From: Solirubrobacterales bacterium
Lineage (GTDB): Bacteria; Actinomycetota; Thermoleophilia; Solirubrobacterales; JACPNS01
Direction: 5' to 3'
Assembly (NCBI GenBank): GCA_047605325.1
Contig: JASGFX010000001.1
Location: forward strand, 59,463 to 123,462
DNA length: 64,000 bases
A program made the translations under genes and the position numbers. The notes beneath the pieces are model-generated. The model made no database searches. It had not been told where the DNA came from and was given only the letters and a program-made list of their open reading frames with translations. Positions 1 to 12,555 of the stretch are shown here, in pieces. Numbering within the stretch: the stretch's first letter is position 1; every line of letters starts with the position of its first letter.

Positions 1-326
1 TTCAATGCGAGTTCGCGGGCCTCTTCTTCGGGCAGCTTCTCGTACTCGATGTCGCCGACCACCTGCTGGGCCGCGCCGACGCGCATCATCTCGGTGATCA
101 ACATCAGCGGCAGCGGCAGCAGACCGTAGAGGTAGTGCAGGTCGCTGGCGGCCTTATGGTCGGAGAGCAGCAGCGAGACACCGAGGATCGTCTGCAGGAT
201 GATGAATACCTGGGCGGCGCGCAGCAGGTACCAGAACGCCACGCTCGGCGTACGCGTGAGCCAGGCCCAGACGCCCCAGACCCCGGCCACGAGATTCGTC
301 GCGATCACGAGGATCCCGATGGTCAT
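1..326 (-). CDS. hypothetical integral membrane protein (N-terminal part only; gene continues past the left edge)
   Basis: Minus-strand ATG at 326. Frame is open to position 1. Translation begins MTIGILVIATNLVAGVWGVWAWL, hydrophobic and TM-like. Absent from the ORF track because no stop lies in the window. Confidence 0.5.
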   Translation of the reverse strand, partial: MTIGILVIATNLVAGVWGVWAWLTRTPSVAFWYLLRAAQVFIILQTILGVSLLLSDHKAASDLHYLYGLLPLPLMLITEMMRVGAAQQVVGDIEYEKLPEEEARELAL

Positions 327-383
327 GTGTACGTGCGCCACGGGGTAGACCTTAGAGGCGCGAGTTTGCGCCAATTTGCACTA

Positions 384-400
384 TGTAACAAGTTGTCACA
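384..400. promoter_or_regulatory. imperfect 17-bp palindrome TGTAACAAGTTGTCACA in an AT-rich island upstream of nuoA (candidate operator)
   Basis: Read directly. 7 of 8 positions per half-site are symmetric about a central G. It lies 84 nt upstream of the nuoA start, inside the only AT-rich stretch of the region (361-420). Confidence 0.3.
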
Positions 401-484
401 ATGTCATATGATGGATGCTCAGGTCGCCCGTCCTTGGGGCGGATCTGAGGCTTTTCAACCCCCGCTTGAAGAAAGGTCGTACGG

Positions 485-862
485 ATGCTCAACAATTACC
501 TCCCGGTACTGGTGTTTCTGGTGCTCGGTCTGGTCATTGGCGCAGCGTTCGCGTTCGGCAACATCTTCGTGGGGCCCAAGCGTCCGAAGACATGGACGCC
601 CTCCAAGCAGGCGCAGGAAGATCCCTACGAGTGCGGCCTGCCCTCCGAGATCCAGGAAGGCTTCCGCTTCGGCGTCAGCTTCTACCTGATCGCGATGCTC
701 TTCATCCTCTTCGATGTCGAGGTTCTCTTTCTCTATCCGGTTGCCGTCGAGCTGAAGGCCTTCGGCCAGTTCGCGCTGATCGAGACGATCACGTTCAGCC
801 TGCTGCTGCTGGTCGGCTTCGCCTACTCGTGGCGGCGTGGAGCACTGGACTGGCGCCTGTGA
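485..862 (+). CDS. nuoA: NADH-quinone oxidoreductase subunit A
   Basis: 125 aa with 3 TM segments and the DPYECGLP motif typical of NuoA/ND3. First gene of the nuo cluster. Confidence 0.95.
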   Translation: MLNNYLPVLVFLVLGLVIGAAFAFGNIFVGPKRPKTWTPSKQAQEDPYECGLPSEIQEGFRFGVSFYLIAMLFILFDVEVLFLYPVAVELKAFGQFALIETITFSLLLLVGFAYSWRRGALDWRL

Positions 863-1602
863 GCGATCAGCTGCCAAACCCGTTCTACGAGAACCAGCCC
901 GGCTCGCCCGAGGAGTTCCGCGCGCGCCAACTGAAGGCCCGCGCGATGCTGCGCGGCGACCTCGAGGGCGAAGACTTCGAGAAGTACGTCGAGGAGTCGG
1001 TCGGCCTGACCACTCTCGACAAGGCGCTCAACTGGGCGCGCTCGCAGACCGTCTTCCCGATGACCTTCGGCCTTGCCTGTTGCGCGATCGAGATGATGTC
1101 GACCGTCAACGCGCGCTACGACATCGCGCGCTTCGGCTCGGAGGCCTTCCGTGCCTCGCCACGACAGGCCGACCTACTGATCCTCTCCGGCCGCGTCTCG
1201 ATCAAGATGGCGCCGGTCATCCGCCGCATCTACGACCAGATGCTCGAGCCCAAATGGGTGATCGCGATGGGCGCCTGTTCTTCCAGCGGCGGCGTCTTCA
1301 GCAACTACGCGGTCGTCCAGGGCGCCGACAAGTTCCTGCCGATCGACGTGCACGTCCCCGGCTGCCCGCCGCGCCCCGAGGCTCTGCTCTACGCGCTGAT
1401 CAAGCTGCAGCACAAGATCAAGGGCAACCCTGACCTCGGCTGGCGCGAGCGCTACGACGCCTACGGCACCGAGGAGTACCCCTACGGCAAGGCCGGCGCG
1501 CCCGAGGGCGTCGACCTCGACCAGCTGATCGCCGAGCGCAAGAAGCAGATGGGCAACGGCCGCCCGGCCGGCTCGGTCCTCGCGGAGGATTCAGATGCCT
1601 GA
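859..1602 (+). CDS. nuoB: NADH-quinone oxidoreductase subunit B
   Basis: Cluster N2 ligand motifs [15 protein letters not shown] and VPGCPPRPE. In-frame GTG at 859 overlaps the nuoA stop (GTGA). The upstream part of ORF 415..1602 overlaps nuoA and is not coding. Confidence 0.93.
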   Translation: MSDQLPNPFYENQPGSPEEFRARQLKARAMLRGDLEGEDFEKYVEESVGLTTLDKALNWARSQTVFPMTFGLACCAIEMMSTVNARYDIARFGSEAFRASPRQADLLILSGRVSIKMAPVIRRIYDQMLEPKWVIAMGACSSSGGVFSNYAVVQGADKFLPIDVHVPGCPPRPEALLYALIKLQHKIKGNPDLGWRERYDAYGTEEYPYGKAGAPEGVDLDQLIAERKKQMGNGRPAGSVLAEDSDA

Positions 1603-2116
1603 CGCTCCCGGACTCGAGCTGATCGCAAACGCGATTCGCGCCAAGCTCGGCGACGACGCCGTCGTCGGCACGAGCTACTTCCGCGAGCAGGCCTGCATCG
1701 AGGTCGCCCCCGACAGCATCCACGGGGTGCTCTCGTTCCTCAAGAGCGAGCCGGGCCAGGAGTACAACTTCCTCTGCAGCGTGCACGGCTGCGACTACCT
1801 GCCCGAGGCCCCGCGCCTGGGCGTTCACTACGAGCTGATGAACATGGGCCGCGTCGAGCGCCTGCGCGTCAAGACGCGCGTCGAGGTCGACGCCGCGAAG
1901 GTGCCCAGCGTGATCGACATCTTTCCGACCGCGGACTTCCAGGAGCGCGAGGTCTACGACATGTTCGGCGTCGAGTTCGAGGGGCACCCGGACATGCGCC
2001 GGATCCTCATGCCCGAGGACTACGAGGGCTTCCCGCAGCGCCGCGACTTCCCGCTCGGCGGCGAGCCGGTGATGTTCACCCACAACGAGCCCGAAGGGCC
2101 GGGTTGGTACGAGTGA
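1595..2116 (+). CDS. nuoC: NADH-quinone oxidoreductase subunit C (30 kDa)
   Basis: [18 protein letters not shown] signature. Position is between nuoB and nuoD. Confidence 0.93.
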   Translation: MPDAPGLELIANAIRAKLGDDAVVGTSYFREQACIEVAPDSIHGVLSFLKSEPGQEYNFLCSVHGCDYLPEAPRLGVHYELMNMGRVERLRVKTRVEVDAAKVPSVIDIFPTADFQEREVYDMFGVEFEGHPDMRRILMPEDYEGFPQRRDFPLGGEPVMFTHNEPEGPGWYE

Positions 2117-3477
2117 ACAGGCCACCCGTCGAAACTCCGAAGGCCGACGTCACCCCGAAGGATCCGCTCGGGATCAACTATCGCGAGCGCGAAGAGTCGA
2201 TCACGCTGCAGTCGCTGACCGAGCAGATCGAGCAGCAGCGTGAGCAGCGCCGCCGCTCGCGCGGAGACGGCTGGGCCGTCGCCAGCCAGGCCGACACCGA
2301 GCTCGCGCCCGAGACCGAACTGCTCACGATGAACATCGGTCCGCACCACCCGGCGACCCACGGAGTGCTGCGCCTGCTCACGACGCTCGAGGGCGAGGTC
2401 GTCAAGTCGACAATCCCGCTGATCGGCTATGTGCACACCGGCATCGAGAAGAACTGCGAAGACAAGTCCTACATGAAGGTCATCCCGCTGATCGAGCGGA
2501 TGGACTACGTCTCCTACTACTTCAACGCGCTCTCTTACTGCATGGCCGTCGAGAAGCTGCTCGAAGAAGAGGTGCCAGAGCGCGCCCAGTGGCTGCGCGT
2601 GTTGCACCTCGAGATGTGCCGCATCCACAGTCACATGGTCTGGCTCGGCACCAGCGCGCTCGACCTCGGCGCGATCTCGATGTTCTGGTACTGCTTCCGC
2701 GAGCGCGACAGCATCCTCGACCTCTTCGAGATGTCCTCCGGTCAGCGCATGCACACGCGCCTCTTCCAGATCGGCGGACTCGCTGAGGACATCCCGCTCG
2801 GATTCGCCGACCGCGTGCGCGAGTGGGTCACGCAGATGCCGAGCCGCGTCGGGCAGTTCGCCGACCTGCTCGACAAGAACGAGATCTTCCTCCAGCGCAT
2901 GAAGGGCATCGGCCCGGTCTCCGAGGAGCGCCTGCTCGAGCTCGGCGTCACCGGCCCGCTGCTGCGCGCCACCGGCAACCCGTGGGACCTCCGCAAAGCC
3001 GCGCCGTACTCCTCCTACGAGAAGTTCGACTTCAAGATCCCGGTCGGCACGGTCGGTGACAACTACGACCGCTACAAGGTCCGCCTGTTCGAGATCCTCG
3101 AGAGCTGCAAGATCATCGAGCAGGTGCTCGACGGCCTGCCCGAGGGTGCCTGGATCACCGACAACCGCAAGGTCGCGCTGCCGCCGCGTCACGAGCTGGC
3201 CACGTCGATGGAGGCGCTGATCCACCACTTCAAGCTCGTCACCGAGGGCATCCGCGTGCCCGAGGGAGAGGTCTACATGCCGGTCGAGTCGCCGCGCGGC
3301 GAGCTCGGTTGCTTCGTCGTCTCCGACGGCTCCTCGAAGCCGGCGCGCGTGCACATGCGCGAGCCCTCCTTCGTGAACCTGCAGGCGCTGACCGACATGG
3401 TCGAGGACACCTACCTCGCCGACATGATCGCCACGCTCGCGATGCTCGACCCGATCCTCGGAGGCATCGACCGATGA
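2104..3477 (+). CDS. nuoD: NADH-quinone oxidoreductase subunit D (49 kDa)
   Basis: NIGPHHPATHGVLRL motif and C-terminal LDPILGGIDR. Start is ambiguous: TTG 2104, or GTG 2113 overlapping the nuoC stop. Confidence 0.93.
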   Translation: MVRVNRPPVETPKADVTPKDPLGINYREREESITLQSLTEQIEQQREQRRRSRGDGWAVASQADTELAPETELLTMNIGPHHPATHGVLRLLTTLEGEVVKSTIPLIGYVHTGIEKNCEDKSYMKVIPLIERMDYVSYYFNALSYCMAVEKLLEEEVPERAQWLRVLHLEMCRIHSHMVWLGTSALDLGAISMFWYCFRERDSILDLFEMSSGQRMHTRLFQIGGLAEDIPLGFADRVREWVTQMPSRVGQFADLLDKNEIFLQRMKGIGPVSEERLLELGVTGPLLRATGNPWDLRKAAPYSSYEKFDFKIPVGTVGDNYDRYKVRLFEILESCKIIEQVLDGLPEGAWITDNRKVALPPRHELATSMEALIHHFKLVTEGIRVPEGEVYMPVESPRGELGCFVVSDGSSKPARVHMREPSFVNLQALTDMVEDTYLADMIATLAMLDPILGGIDR

Positions 3478-4102
3478 CCCAGGAGGCACGTCGCTTCGAA
3501 GACACGATCCCGCAACTCGCGAACGTGGACATCCCCGAAGATCTCCACGCCTGGATCGTTGACCGCATGGAGATGTACCCCGACAAGAAGTCGGCGATCA
3601 TCCCCTGCCTGATGGCCGCGCAGAAGACGCACGGCTGGCTCTCGCCCGAGGCGATCGATCAGGTCGCCGCGATCATGAAGCTGACGCCGGCCCGGCTCGT
3701 CTCGGTCGCGAGCTTCTACGACATGTTCGAGCTAGAGCCGAGCGGCGAGCACACGATCTACATGTGCACGAACATCTCGTGCATGCTGCGCGGCGCGGAC
3801 CAGGTGATGGAAGAGCTCGAGCGCCAGGTCGGCGTCAAGAACGGCGACACCAGCGAGGACGGCATCTTCCTGCGCAACTTCGAGTGCCTCGGCGCCTGCG
3901 ACATCGCGCCGATGGCGAGCGTCGACGGTGAATTCGTCGGACCGCTGACCGTCGAAGACGCCAAGCAGCTGGTCGAGGACATCCGTGCGGGCCGCGAAGT
4001 GCTGCCGACCAAGAAGCTTTCGCGCCGCCCCGTCGCGGTCACGCTCTGGCAGAACGGCGGCCGCGCCGAGGGTTACGACGTGAGTCAGGGAGGAGAGGCC
4101 TG

Positions 4103-4103
<1 letters not shown>
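3474..4103 (+). CDS. nuoE: NADH-quinone oxidoreductase subunit E (24 kDa, 2Fe-2S)
   Basis: CTNISCMLRG and ECLGACDIAPM cysteine motifs. ATG 3474 overlaps the nuoD stop (ATGA). Confidence 0.92.
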
Positions 4104-5439
<1,336 letters not shown>

Positions 5440-5440
<1 letters not shown>

Positions 5441-8019
5441 TGGCTGAGAACCTCCCTCCATCCAGCGCTCAGCTCGAAGGCGAGAACGCGACCACGGCCG
5501 TTGCCGCGGCATCTCATCTCGTCGTCGACGCTCTCCCGCCCGGCTACTCGAAGAAGCCGGCCGGCGAGCCCGAGCGCGCGGTCATCACATTCACGATCGA
5601 CGGCGCCGAAGTACAGGCCCCTGAGGGCCTGATGCTGGCCGACGCAGCCAAATACGGTGGCGTCGAGATCCCGGTCTTCTGTTACGAGCCCAAGCTCGGC
5701 GCGCCGGTCGGCGCCTGCCGCATGTGTCTGGTCGAGATCGAGGGGATCCCCAAGCTTCAGACTGCCTGCTCCACTCCAGTGCGCGACGGCATGAGCGTCG
5801 TGACCAAGAGTCCGCGTGTGATCGAGGCGCAGAACTCGGTTGTCGAGTTCATCCTCGCCAACCACCCGCTCGACTGTCCGGTCTGCGACAAGGGTGGTGA
5901 GTGTCCGCTGCAGGACATCTCGTACGGCTGGGGCCGCGGGAAGAGCCGCTTCTCCGAGCCCAAGCGCCACTTCGAGAAGCCCGTCGCCCTGAGCCCGTCG
6001 ATCGCGATCGACCGCGAGCGCTGCATCCTCTGTTACCGCTGCGTGCGCTTCTCACAAGAGGTCAGCGAGGACTACCAGCTCGTTCTGCTCGAGCGCGGCG
6101 CCGACGCCCATGTCGGCACGTTCGACGGCACCGAGTACATCGCGCCGTTCTCCGGCAACATCATCGAACTCTGCCCCGTCGGCGCCCTGACCAGCCGCGC
6201 CTACCGCTTCAGAGCCCGCCCGTGGGACATCGAGCAGGGCGGCTCCGTGTGCTCGATGTGCCCGGGTCAGTGCAACGTCACCTACACCGTGCGCGACGAC
6301 AAGGTCATGCGGGTGCTCGCCCGCGACAACCACGCCGTCGACGACGGCTGGCTCTGCGACCGCGGCCGCTTCGCCTACCAGGCCTGGGAGTCCGAGGCGC
6401 GCCTCACTCAGCCACTGGTGCGCCAGGGCGACAAACTGCTGCCAGCCCGCTGGGACCACGCCCTCGAAGTCGCCGCAAGCGCCCTGAAGAAGGCCGGCGC
6501 AAAGAGCGCAGCGCTGGCCGGCGGTGGAACGACGAACGAAGAGGCGTGGCTGCTGCGCCGGCTGTTCATCGAGGGCCTCGGCTCGCGCAACATCGACTCG
6601 CGCCGCCGCGGCAAGCTCTCTGCCGACGTCGCCCGCACGCTCACCGAGCCCGACGTGACGCTGAGCATCCCCGATGTCGAGTGGGCCGACGCGATCCTCG
6701 TGCTCGGCACCGAACTGATCGATGAGATGCCGGTGCTCGACCTGCGCGTGCGCAAGGCCGTCAACCGCAACGGCGCAAAGCTCGCAGTCGCGACCACCCG
6801 CCCGAGCGCGCTCGACGACAAGGCCGACGTGGTCGCCCGCTTCGCCCCGCGCACCGTCGACGCCTTCGCCCAGGCGCTGCTGGCGGCGCTTTCCGGCGCC
6901 GAGCTCGGAGACCTCCCGCAGCGCGCCGACGCCGACGCCGATCAGATCCGCGCCATCGCGGACCTGCTCTCCGGGGCCGAGCGCCCGGCGATCCTCTGGG
7001 GCGAGAAGATCCTCTACTACGACACCGCCGCTCCGGCGATGACCGTTGCGAACATCGTCGACAAGCTCGGCGTCAGCGGCAAGGACGGCGCCGGTCACCT
7101 CCAGATTCCCGTCCAGGCCAACGGCCGCGGGCTGCGCGAGGTCGGATTCCTGCCGAACCTCGGTCCGGCTTTGACGGAAGAGGGCGACGGACTCTCCTCC
7201 GAAGAGATCCGCGATGCGCTCGGCGGCGATGTGAACGCTCTCGTGCTGATGGGCGCAGACCCGGTCACCGACTTCCCGTCGGGCGCCGAGTGGGACGCCA
7301 AGCTCGGCAAGGCCGGCACCGTGATCGCGTTCACCACGTGGCTTGACGGCGCGGCTGAGCGCCACGCCGATGTCGTTTTTCCGCTCGAGGTCGGCCCCGA
7401 GAAGGAGGGCACGATCACGCACCCGGATGGTCGACTCCAGCGGCTGCGTCAGACGGTCGAGCGCGCCGGAGAGGTCAACGCCGGTTGGTGGGTCATCAAC
7501 GAGCTCGCCGCCCGGGTCGGTCTCGACCTCGAGGTCAAGGTCGTCCACCAGGCGACCGCGCAGGTTGCCGCCGGAGTGCCGATCTACGCGGGCGTCACGC
7601 CCGACGAGATCGGCGGAGCCGGCGTGCGCTGGCAGGAGCGCGAGGCGGCGTCAAGCCTGCCGGCTCCGTCGCAGAAGACTTTTGATCTTTCAACTCCCGC
7701 AGCTGCCGCGCAACCCAACGGCCGTCTGCGCCTCGGCACCTTCCGCTCGATCTGGGGCGGGGGAGATGTCGCCAATGCAGCCACCCTCGCGCCGCTCGTC
7801 TCACGGACCCGGGTCGAGCTCTCGCCGGGAGACGGCGAGCGCCTCGGCGTGAACACCGGCGATGAGGTCACGCTCGCGACCGATTCGGGCGAGGTCACCG
7901 CGATCGTCGCCCTGCGCGACTCGATCCCACCCGGCGCGGCCTTCCTGCTCGACTCGCGCGACGACGACATCCGCCGCGCGGTCGCCGGAGCGCCTGAACT
8001 GGTTGAGGTGAAGAAGTGA
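5440..8019 (+). CDS. nuoG: NADH-quinone oxidoreductase subunit G (75 kDa)
   Basis: N-terminal Fe-S motifs CYEPKLGAPVGACRMC, HPLDCPVCDKGGEC and RCILCYRCVRF. Molybdopterin-oxidoreductase-like remainder. Confidence 0.95.
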
Positions 8020-9032
8020 CCGCCCCGCTCGCGACAGTCGGATTCGAGGTCTCGGTCTGGGCCCAGATCATCGTGTCCTTCATGATCTTCTTCGTCGTCT
8101 TCAACATGATCCCGATGGTGCTGCTGGTCGAGCGCAAGGTGCTCGGCCGCTTCCAGGGTCGCTACGGCCCGAACCGCGTGGGCCCGTTCGGCGCGCTGCA
8201 GCCGATGGTCGACATCGTCAAGCTGGCGGCCAAGGAAGACTTCATGCCGCGCAACGCCTCGAAGGCGATCTTCATCATCGCCCCGATGATCTCGCTGATC
8301 ACCGCGATCGCGACGATCGCGATCGTGCCCTTCGGGAACACCGTCGAGGACGGCCTGTTCGGCGCCAACTACACGCTGTACGGGATCGACGTCTCGATCG
8401 GCGTGCTCTACGCCTTCGCCTTCGGAGCGATCGCCTTCTACGGCCTGATGCTCGGCGGCTGGGCCTCGGGCAGCAAGTACTCGTTCCTCGGCGCGATGCG
8501 CTCGGCCGCGCAGCTGATCAGCTACGAGCTGGCCGCCGGCCTCTCGCTGATCGGTGTCGTGATGATGACCGGATCGCTCTCGATGACGACGATCGTCGAG
8601 CACCAGGACAAGATGTGGAACATCGGCCCGCAGATCGTTGGCTTCCTGGTCTTCCTCGTGGCCGCGTTCGCCGAGACCAACCGCGCCCCTTTCGATCTCG
8701 TTGAGGCAGACGCCGAGCTCGTCGCCGGCTACCAGACCGAGTACGGCGGAATGCGCTTCGCGAGCTTCATGCTCGCCGAGTACATGAACATGATCGTGCT
8801 CAGCGGCATCGGCGTCACGATGTTCCTCGGCGGCTGGCACGGACCGGGTCCGTCTTGGCTCGGCCCGATCTGGGTGCTGCTGAAGATCTTTGTCTTCCTG
8901 ATCCTTTTCATGTGGGTGCGCGCCACGCTCCCGAGGCTCCGCTACGACCAGCTGATGAGCTTCGGCTGGAAGATCCTGATCCCGATCGCGACCGTCAACC
9001 TGATGGTCACGGCGATCCTGGTGGCGACATGA
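8016..9032 (+). CDS. nuoH: NADH-quinone oxidoreductase subunit H
   Basis: Polytopic membrane protein with [21 protein letters not shown], the NuoH/ND1 signature. GTG overlaps the nuoG stop. Confidence 0.95.
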   Translation: MTAPLATVGFEVSVWAQIIVSFMIFFVVFNMIPMVLLVERKVLGRFQGRYGPNRVGPFGALQPMVDIVKLAAKEDFMPRNASKAIFIIAPMISLITAIATIAIVPFGNTVEDGLFGANYTLYGIDVSIGVLYAFAFGAIAFYGLMLGGWASGSKYSFLGAMRSAAQLISYELAAGLSLIGVVMMTGSLSMTTIVEHQDKMWNIGPQIVGFLVFLVAAFAETNRAPFDLVEADAELVAGYQTEYGGMRFASFMLAEYMNMIVLSGIGVTMFLGGWHGPGPSWLGPIWVLLKIFVFLILFMWVRATLPRLRYDQLMSFGWKILIPIATVNLMVTAILVAT

Positions 9033-9595
9033 GCCTGCCCGAGGCAAAGGTCTGGGATCCCGGCGCCGATGTGGTCGAGGTCGTGCGCGGCCCCGACCCC
9101 GGCGGCATGGGCGGCGCCTACCGCGCCTTCGGCGAGACCCTGCGCGGCCTCAAGACCACGCTCAGCCGCCTGATCGAGGGCCCGGTCACGATCCAGTACC
9201 CCGAAGAGAAGACCCCCGTCTACCCGCGCTTCCGCGGCCGCCACAAGCTGCACAAGTTCGAGGGAACCGGCACGGCCGTCGACGGCCTCGAGAAGTGCGT
9301 CGGCTGTTCGCTCTGCGCGGCGGCGTGCCCGGCCGACTGCATCCGCGTCGTCGCGACCGACAACGACCCCGATGATCCGACCTCGGCCGGCGAGCGCTAC
9401 GCCGCCGTCTACGAGATCAACCTCGCGCGCTGCATCTTCTGCGGTTACTGCGAGATGGCCTGTCCGTTCGACGCGATCACGCTCGGTCACGACTACGAGC
9501 TCGCCGACTACAACCGTTCAGACCTGATCTTCACCAAGGAAATGCTGCTGGCCGAGCCGCTCGAGCGCTCGCCGCTGCGCCTGGAGGGCGAGTAG
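9029..9595 (+). CDS. nuoI: NADH-quinone oxidoreductase subunit I (2x 4Fe-4S ferredoxin)
   Basis: [12 protein letters not shown] and [12 protein letters not shown] motifs. ATG 9029 overlaps the nuoH stop. Confidence 0.94.
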   Translation: MSLPEAKVWDPGADVVEVVRGPDPGGMGGAYRAFGETLRGLKTTLSRLIEGPVTIQYPEEKTPVYPRFRGRHKLHKFEGTGTAVDGLEKCVGCSLCAAACPADCIRVVATDNDPDDPTSAGERYAAVYEINLARCIFCGYCEMACPFDAITLGHDYELADYNRSDLIFTKEMLLAEPLERSPLRLEGE

Positions 9596-10171
9596 ATGGT
9601 GCTCCAGGGCATTCTTTTCTTCCTCGCCGCGGCGGGGGCGATCGGCGGCGCGATCGCAGTCGTGCTGCTGAAGAACCCGTTCTTCGCGGTGCTTGCGCTG
9701 GTCTGTCATTTGTTTGCGCTCGCCGTGCTGTTCCTGCTCCTCTACGCCCAGTTCCTGGCTGCCGCGCAGTTGATCGTCTATGCCGGTGCGGTGATGGTCC
9801 TCTATGTCTTCGTCGTCTCCTATGTGGGCGGCGCGGATGAACCACTCGACGACGGCGGCGGAGTGCCGCGCGCGCTCGCGCCGCTGTTCGCGGGCTCGCT
9901 GCTCGTCGTGCTCGCGGTTGCCGTCGCGGCGTCGGGCCTCACACTGCTCGACTCGAAGGGCACGCCGTTGCCGAACGGAGGCAACGATTACGGCACGCCT
10001 GAGCAGATCGGTCATCTGCTGCTGACCAAGTACCTCCTGCCGTTCGAGGTCGCCTCATTCCTGCTCACCGTCGCGGCCGTCTGCGCCGTCGTGCTCGCGC
10101 GTCGCCGCCGCGGCCTCGAAGAGCTGACCGACAGCACGCCGCTGCTGGGAGAGGATCTCGGACGCCGATGA
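9596..10171 (+). CDS. nuoJ: NADH-quinone oxidoreductase subunit J
   Basis: 191 aa hydrophobic protein in the conserved slot between nuoI and nuoK. Confidence 0.88.
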   Translation: MVLQGILFFLAAAGAIGGAIAVVLLKNPFFAVLALVCHLFALAVLFLLLYAQFLAAAQLIVYAGAVMVLYVFVVSYVGGADEPLDDGGGVPRALAPLFAGSLLVVLAVAVAASGLTLLDSKGTPLPNGGNDYGTPEQIGHLLLTKYLLPFEVASFLLTVAAVCAVVLARRRRGLEELTDSTPLLGEDLGRR

Positions 10172-10476
10172 ACATCAACTGGTTCATCGTGCTGTCGGCC
10201 GTGATCTTCTGCATTGGCGCAGTCGGTCTGATCTCGCGCCGCAGCCCGCTCGTGATGCTGCTCTGCCTCGAGCTGATGCTCAACGGCGCGAACCTCGCGC
10301 TGATCGCTTTCGCGCGCATGTGGGGAAACGGCGACGGCCAGATCTTCGCGCTGATCGTGATGGTGATCGCCGCCTGCGAAGTCGTCGTCGGTCTCGGTCT
10401 GATCGTCGCGCTCTACCGCAACCGCCTTCCGATCGACATCGATGAGTTGAGTTCGCTGAAGGATCCACAGTCGTGA
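10168..10476 (+). CDS. nuoK: NADH-quinone oxidoreductase subunit K
   Basis: 102 aa, 3 TM, with LCLELMLNGANL and AACEVVVGLGL, typical of NuoK/ND4L. Confidence 0.92.
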   Translation: MNINWFIVLSAVIFCIGAVGLISRRSPLVMLLCLELMLNGANLALIAFARMWGNGDGQIFALIVMVIAACEVVVGLGLIVALYRNRLPIDIDELSSLKDPQS

Positions 10477-12542
10477 TCGCGCTGGTCACCCCGATCCTCG
10501 CCCACGCGGCCGACTTCGCCGAGGGCGCGCGTCCCCATGACCCCTCGCTGTGGGGTTGGGTGCTCTTGCTGACGCCGCTGGCCGGCGCCGTGATCATCGG
10601 CCTGTTCGAGCGCGTGCTGAGCCCCAAGGCCGCCGGACTGATCGGCACGGCCGCGATCTTCCTCGCGTTCGGCGCGGCGCTCGCCTGTCTTGCGCAGCTC
10701 CTCGGCATGCCCGCCGAAGAGCGCCATGTGCTCGCCGGCTACAAGTACGCCCAGGCATTCGGCGTCGACTTCCGCTTCGACATCTACTACGACCAGCTCG
10801 CCGTGATGATGGCGCTGATCGTGACCGGCGTCTCGGCGCTGATCCATCTCTATTCGGTCGCCTACATGCGCTCGGACGCCGGCTACCGCCGCTTCTTCGC
10901 CTATCTCAACTTCTTCGTCTTCTCGATGCTGCTGCTCGTGCTGGCCGGCAACCTGTTGCTGCTGGTCGTCGGCTGGGGCTTCGTAGGTGCGGCCTCGTAC
11001 ATGCTGATCTCGTACTGGTACCGCCGCGGCACTGCCACCAAGGCCGGAAACAAGGCCTTCGTGATGAACGTGATCGGCGATGTCGGCATCGTCATCGCGG
11101 CCTATCTGCTCTGGCACGAGATCCACACGCTCACGATCCCGACGCTGCTCGCCAACGCCGACGATCCGTTCACCGTGGCGCCCTCGGCCACGTTCACGGC
11201 GGCCGCGCTGCTGCTGCTCGTCGGTGCCTTCGCGAAATCGGCCCAGGTGCCGCTGCACACCTGGCTGCCCGACGCGATGGAGGGACCGACGCCCGTTTCG
11301 GCACTGATCCACGCGGCGACGATGGTCACCGCCGGCGTATACCTGATCTGCCGCTTCCATCCGTTCTTCGACATCTCCGAGACGGCCGCGCTGACCGCCG
11401 CGATCCTCGGCACGGTCACGCTGCTCGTCGCCGCCACCACGGCGATCGTCCAGACCGACCTCAAGCGCATCATCGCCTACTCGACGATGAGCCAGATCGG
11501 CTACATGATCGCCGGCGCGGGGGCCGCCGCGTACTCGGCGGCGATGTTCCACCTGATGACCCACGCCTTCTTCAAGGCGCTGCTGTTCATGAGCGCCGGC
11601 TCGGTGATCGCGGCGATGGGCAACGTGCAGGACGTGCGCAGGATGGGCGGCTTCCGGAAGGCGATGCCGTTCACCTATGCGTGTTTCCTGATCGGCGCAC
11701 TGGCACTGGCCGGCTTCCCCGGCTTCTCGGGCTTCTGGAGCAAGGACGAGATCATCTCCTACACGCTGAACCGCGGAGGCACCTTCACCGTGATCGCGGC
11801 CGGTATGTACATCGGTGCGATCCTCACAGCGATCTACTCGATGCGCGCCGTGTATCTCGTCTTCCACGGCGACAAGTGCGCCGAGGCCGAGGAGCTCGAG
11901 GGCGGCCACCTCGCCCACGGCGACCACGTGAACCCGGCGTCGGGCGAGCACGAGGACACCGAGGTCGGCTTCCCCGGTCCCGACCACCAGATCGCCGAGC
12001 GCGAGGGCGAGATGAAGGTCGCGATGGGGACGCTGGCTTTCCTCGCCGTGTTCGCGGGTCTCGTGCAGATCCCGGGCGTCACCAGCGTGATCGAGACCTG
12101 GCTCGAACCGGTCTTCGAGGATTCGCGCTATGCGCACGACGCCCCGTCGATCTCCACCCAGTGGATCGGTCTCGCCGTCGGCGCGGCGATCGCTCTGACC
12201 GGCATCGCGATCGCCTACTGGCTCTACCGCAAGCGCCCGGAAGTGCCTGCGCGTCTGACCGAGCGCTTTGGCGCGGTCAACCGCTTCCTCTACGCGGCCT
12301 GGCGCTTCGACGCGCTCTATGACCGCCTTTTCGTGCGTCCCTACGGCTGGGTGGCGAGTTTCTGCAACAAGGTGCTCGAGCGCTATGTCGTCGACGGCAT
12401 CGTTGTCGGCACCACCACGCTGGCCAAGGATGGCGGCCGCGTGATCCGACGCATGCAGTCAGGCATCGCGCGCACCTACGCGCTGAGCCTGATCGGCGGC
12501 AGCGTGCTGCTGGTTCTCTACTTCGTGGTGGTGGCCAAGTGA
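10473..12542 (+). CDS. nuoL: NADH-quinone oxidoreductase subunit L
   Basis: 689 aa antiporter-like subunit (AFAKSAQVPLHTWLPDAMEGPTPVSALIHAATMVTAG) with a C-terminal lateral-helix extension. Confidence 0.94.
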   Translation: MIALVTPILAHAADFAEGARPHDPSLWGWVLLLTPLAGAVIIGLFERVLSPKAAGLIGTAAIFLAFGAALACLAQLLGMPAEERHVLAGYKYAQAFGVDFRFDIYYDQLAVMMALIVTGVSALIHLYSVAYMRSDAGYRRFFAYLNFFVFSMLLLVLAGNLLLLVVGWGFVGAASYMLISYWYRRGTATKAGNKAFVMNVIGDVGIVIAAYLLWHEIHTLTIPTLLANADDPFTVAPSATFTAAALLLLVGAFAKSAQVPLHTWLPDAMEGPTPVSALIHAATMVTAGVYLICRFHPFFDISETAALTAAILGTVTLLVAATTAIVQTDLKRIIAYSTMSQIGYMIAGAGAAAYSAAMFHLMTHAFFKALLFMSAGSVIAAMGNVQDVRRMGGFRKAMPFTYACFLIGALALAGFPGFSGFWSKDEIISYTLNRGGTFTVIAAGMYIGAILTAIYSMRAVYLVFHGDKCAEAEELEGGHLAHGDHVNPASGEHEDTEVGFPGPDHQIAEREGEMKVAMGTLAFLAVFAGLVQIPGVTSVIETWLEPVFEDSRYAHDAPSISTQWIGLAVGAAIALTGIAIAYWLYRKRPEVPARLTERFGAVNRFLYAAWRFDALYDRLFVRPYGWVASFCNKVLERYVVDGIVVGTTTLAKDGGRVIRRMQSGIARTYALSLIGGSVLLVLYFVVVAK

Positions 12543-12555
12543 GCGGGCGCCTGCG

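Noticed and set aside
384-401. Assignment of the nuoA upstream palindrome as a Rex operator (ROP).
   Set aside because: The right arm GTCACAA matches TTCACAA at 6 of 7 positions. The left arm matches TTGTGAA at only 3-4 of 7 in either register. It is kept as an unassigned candidate operator.
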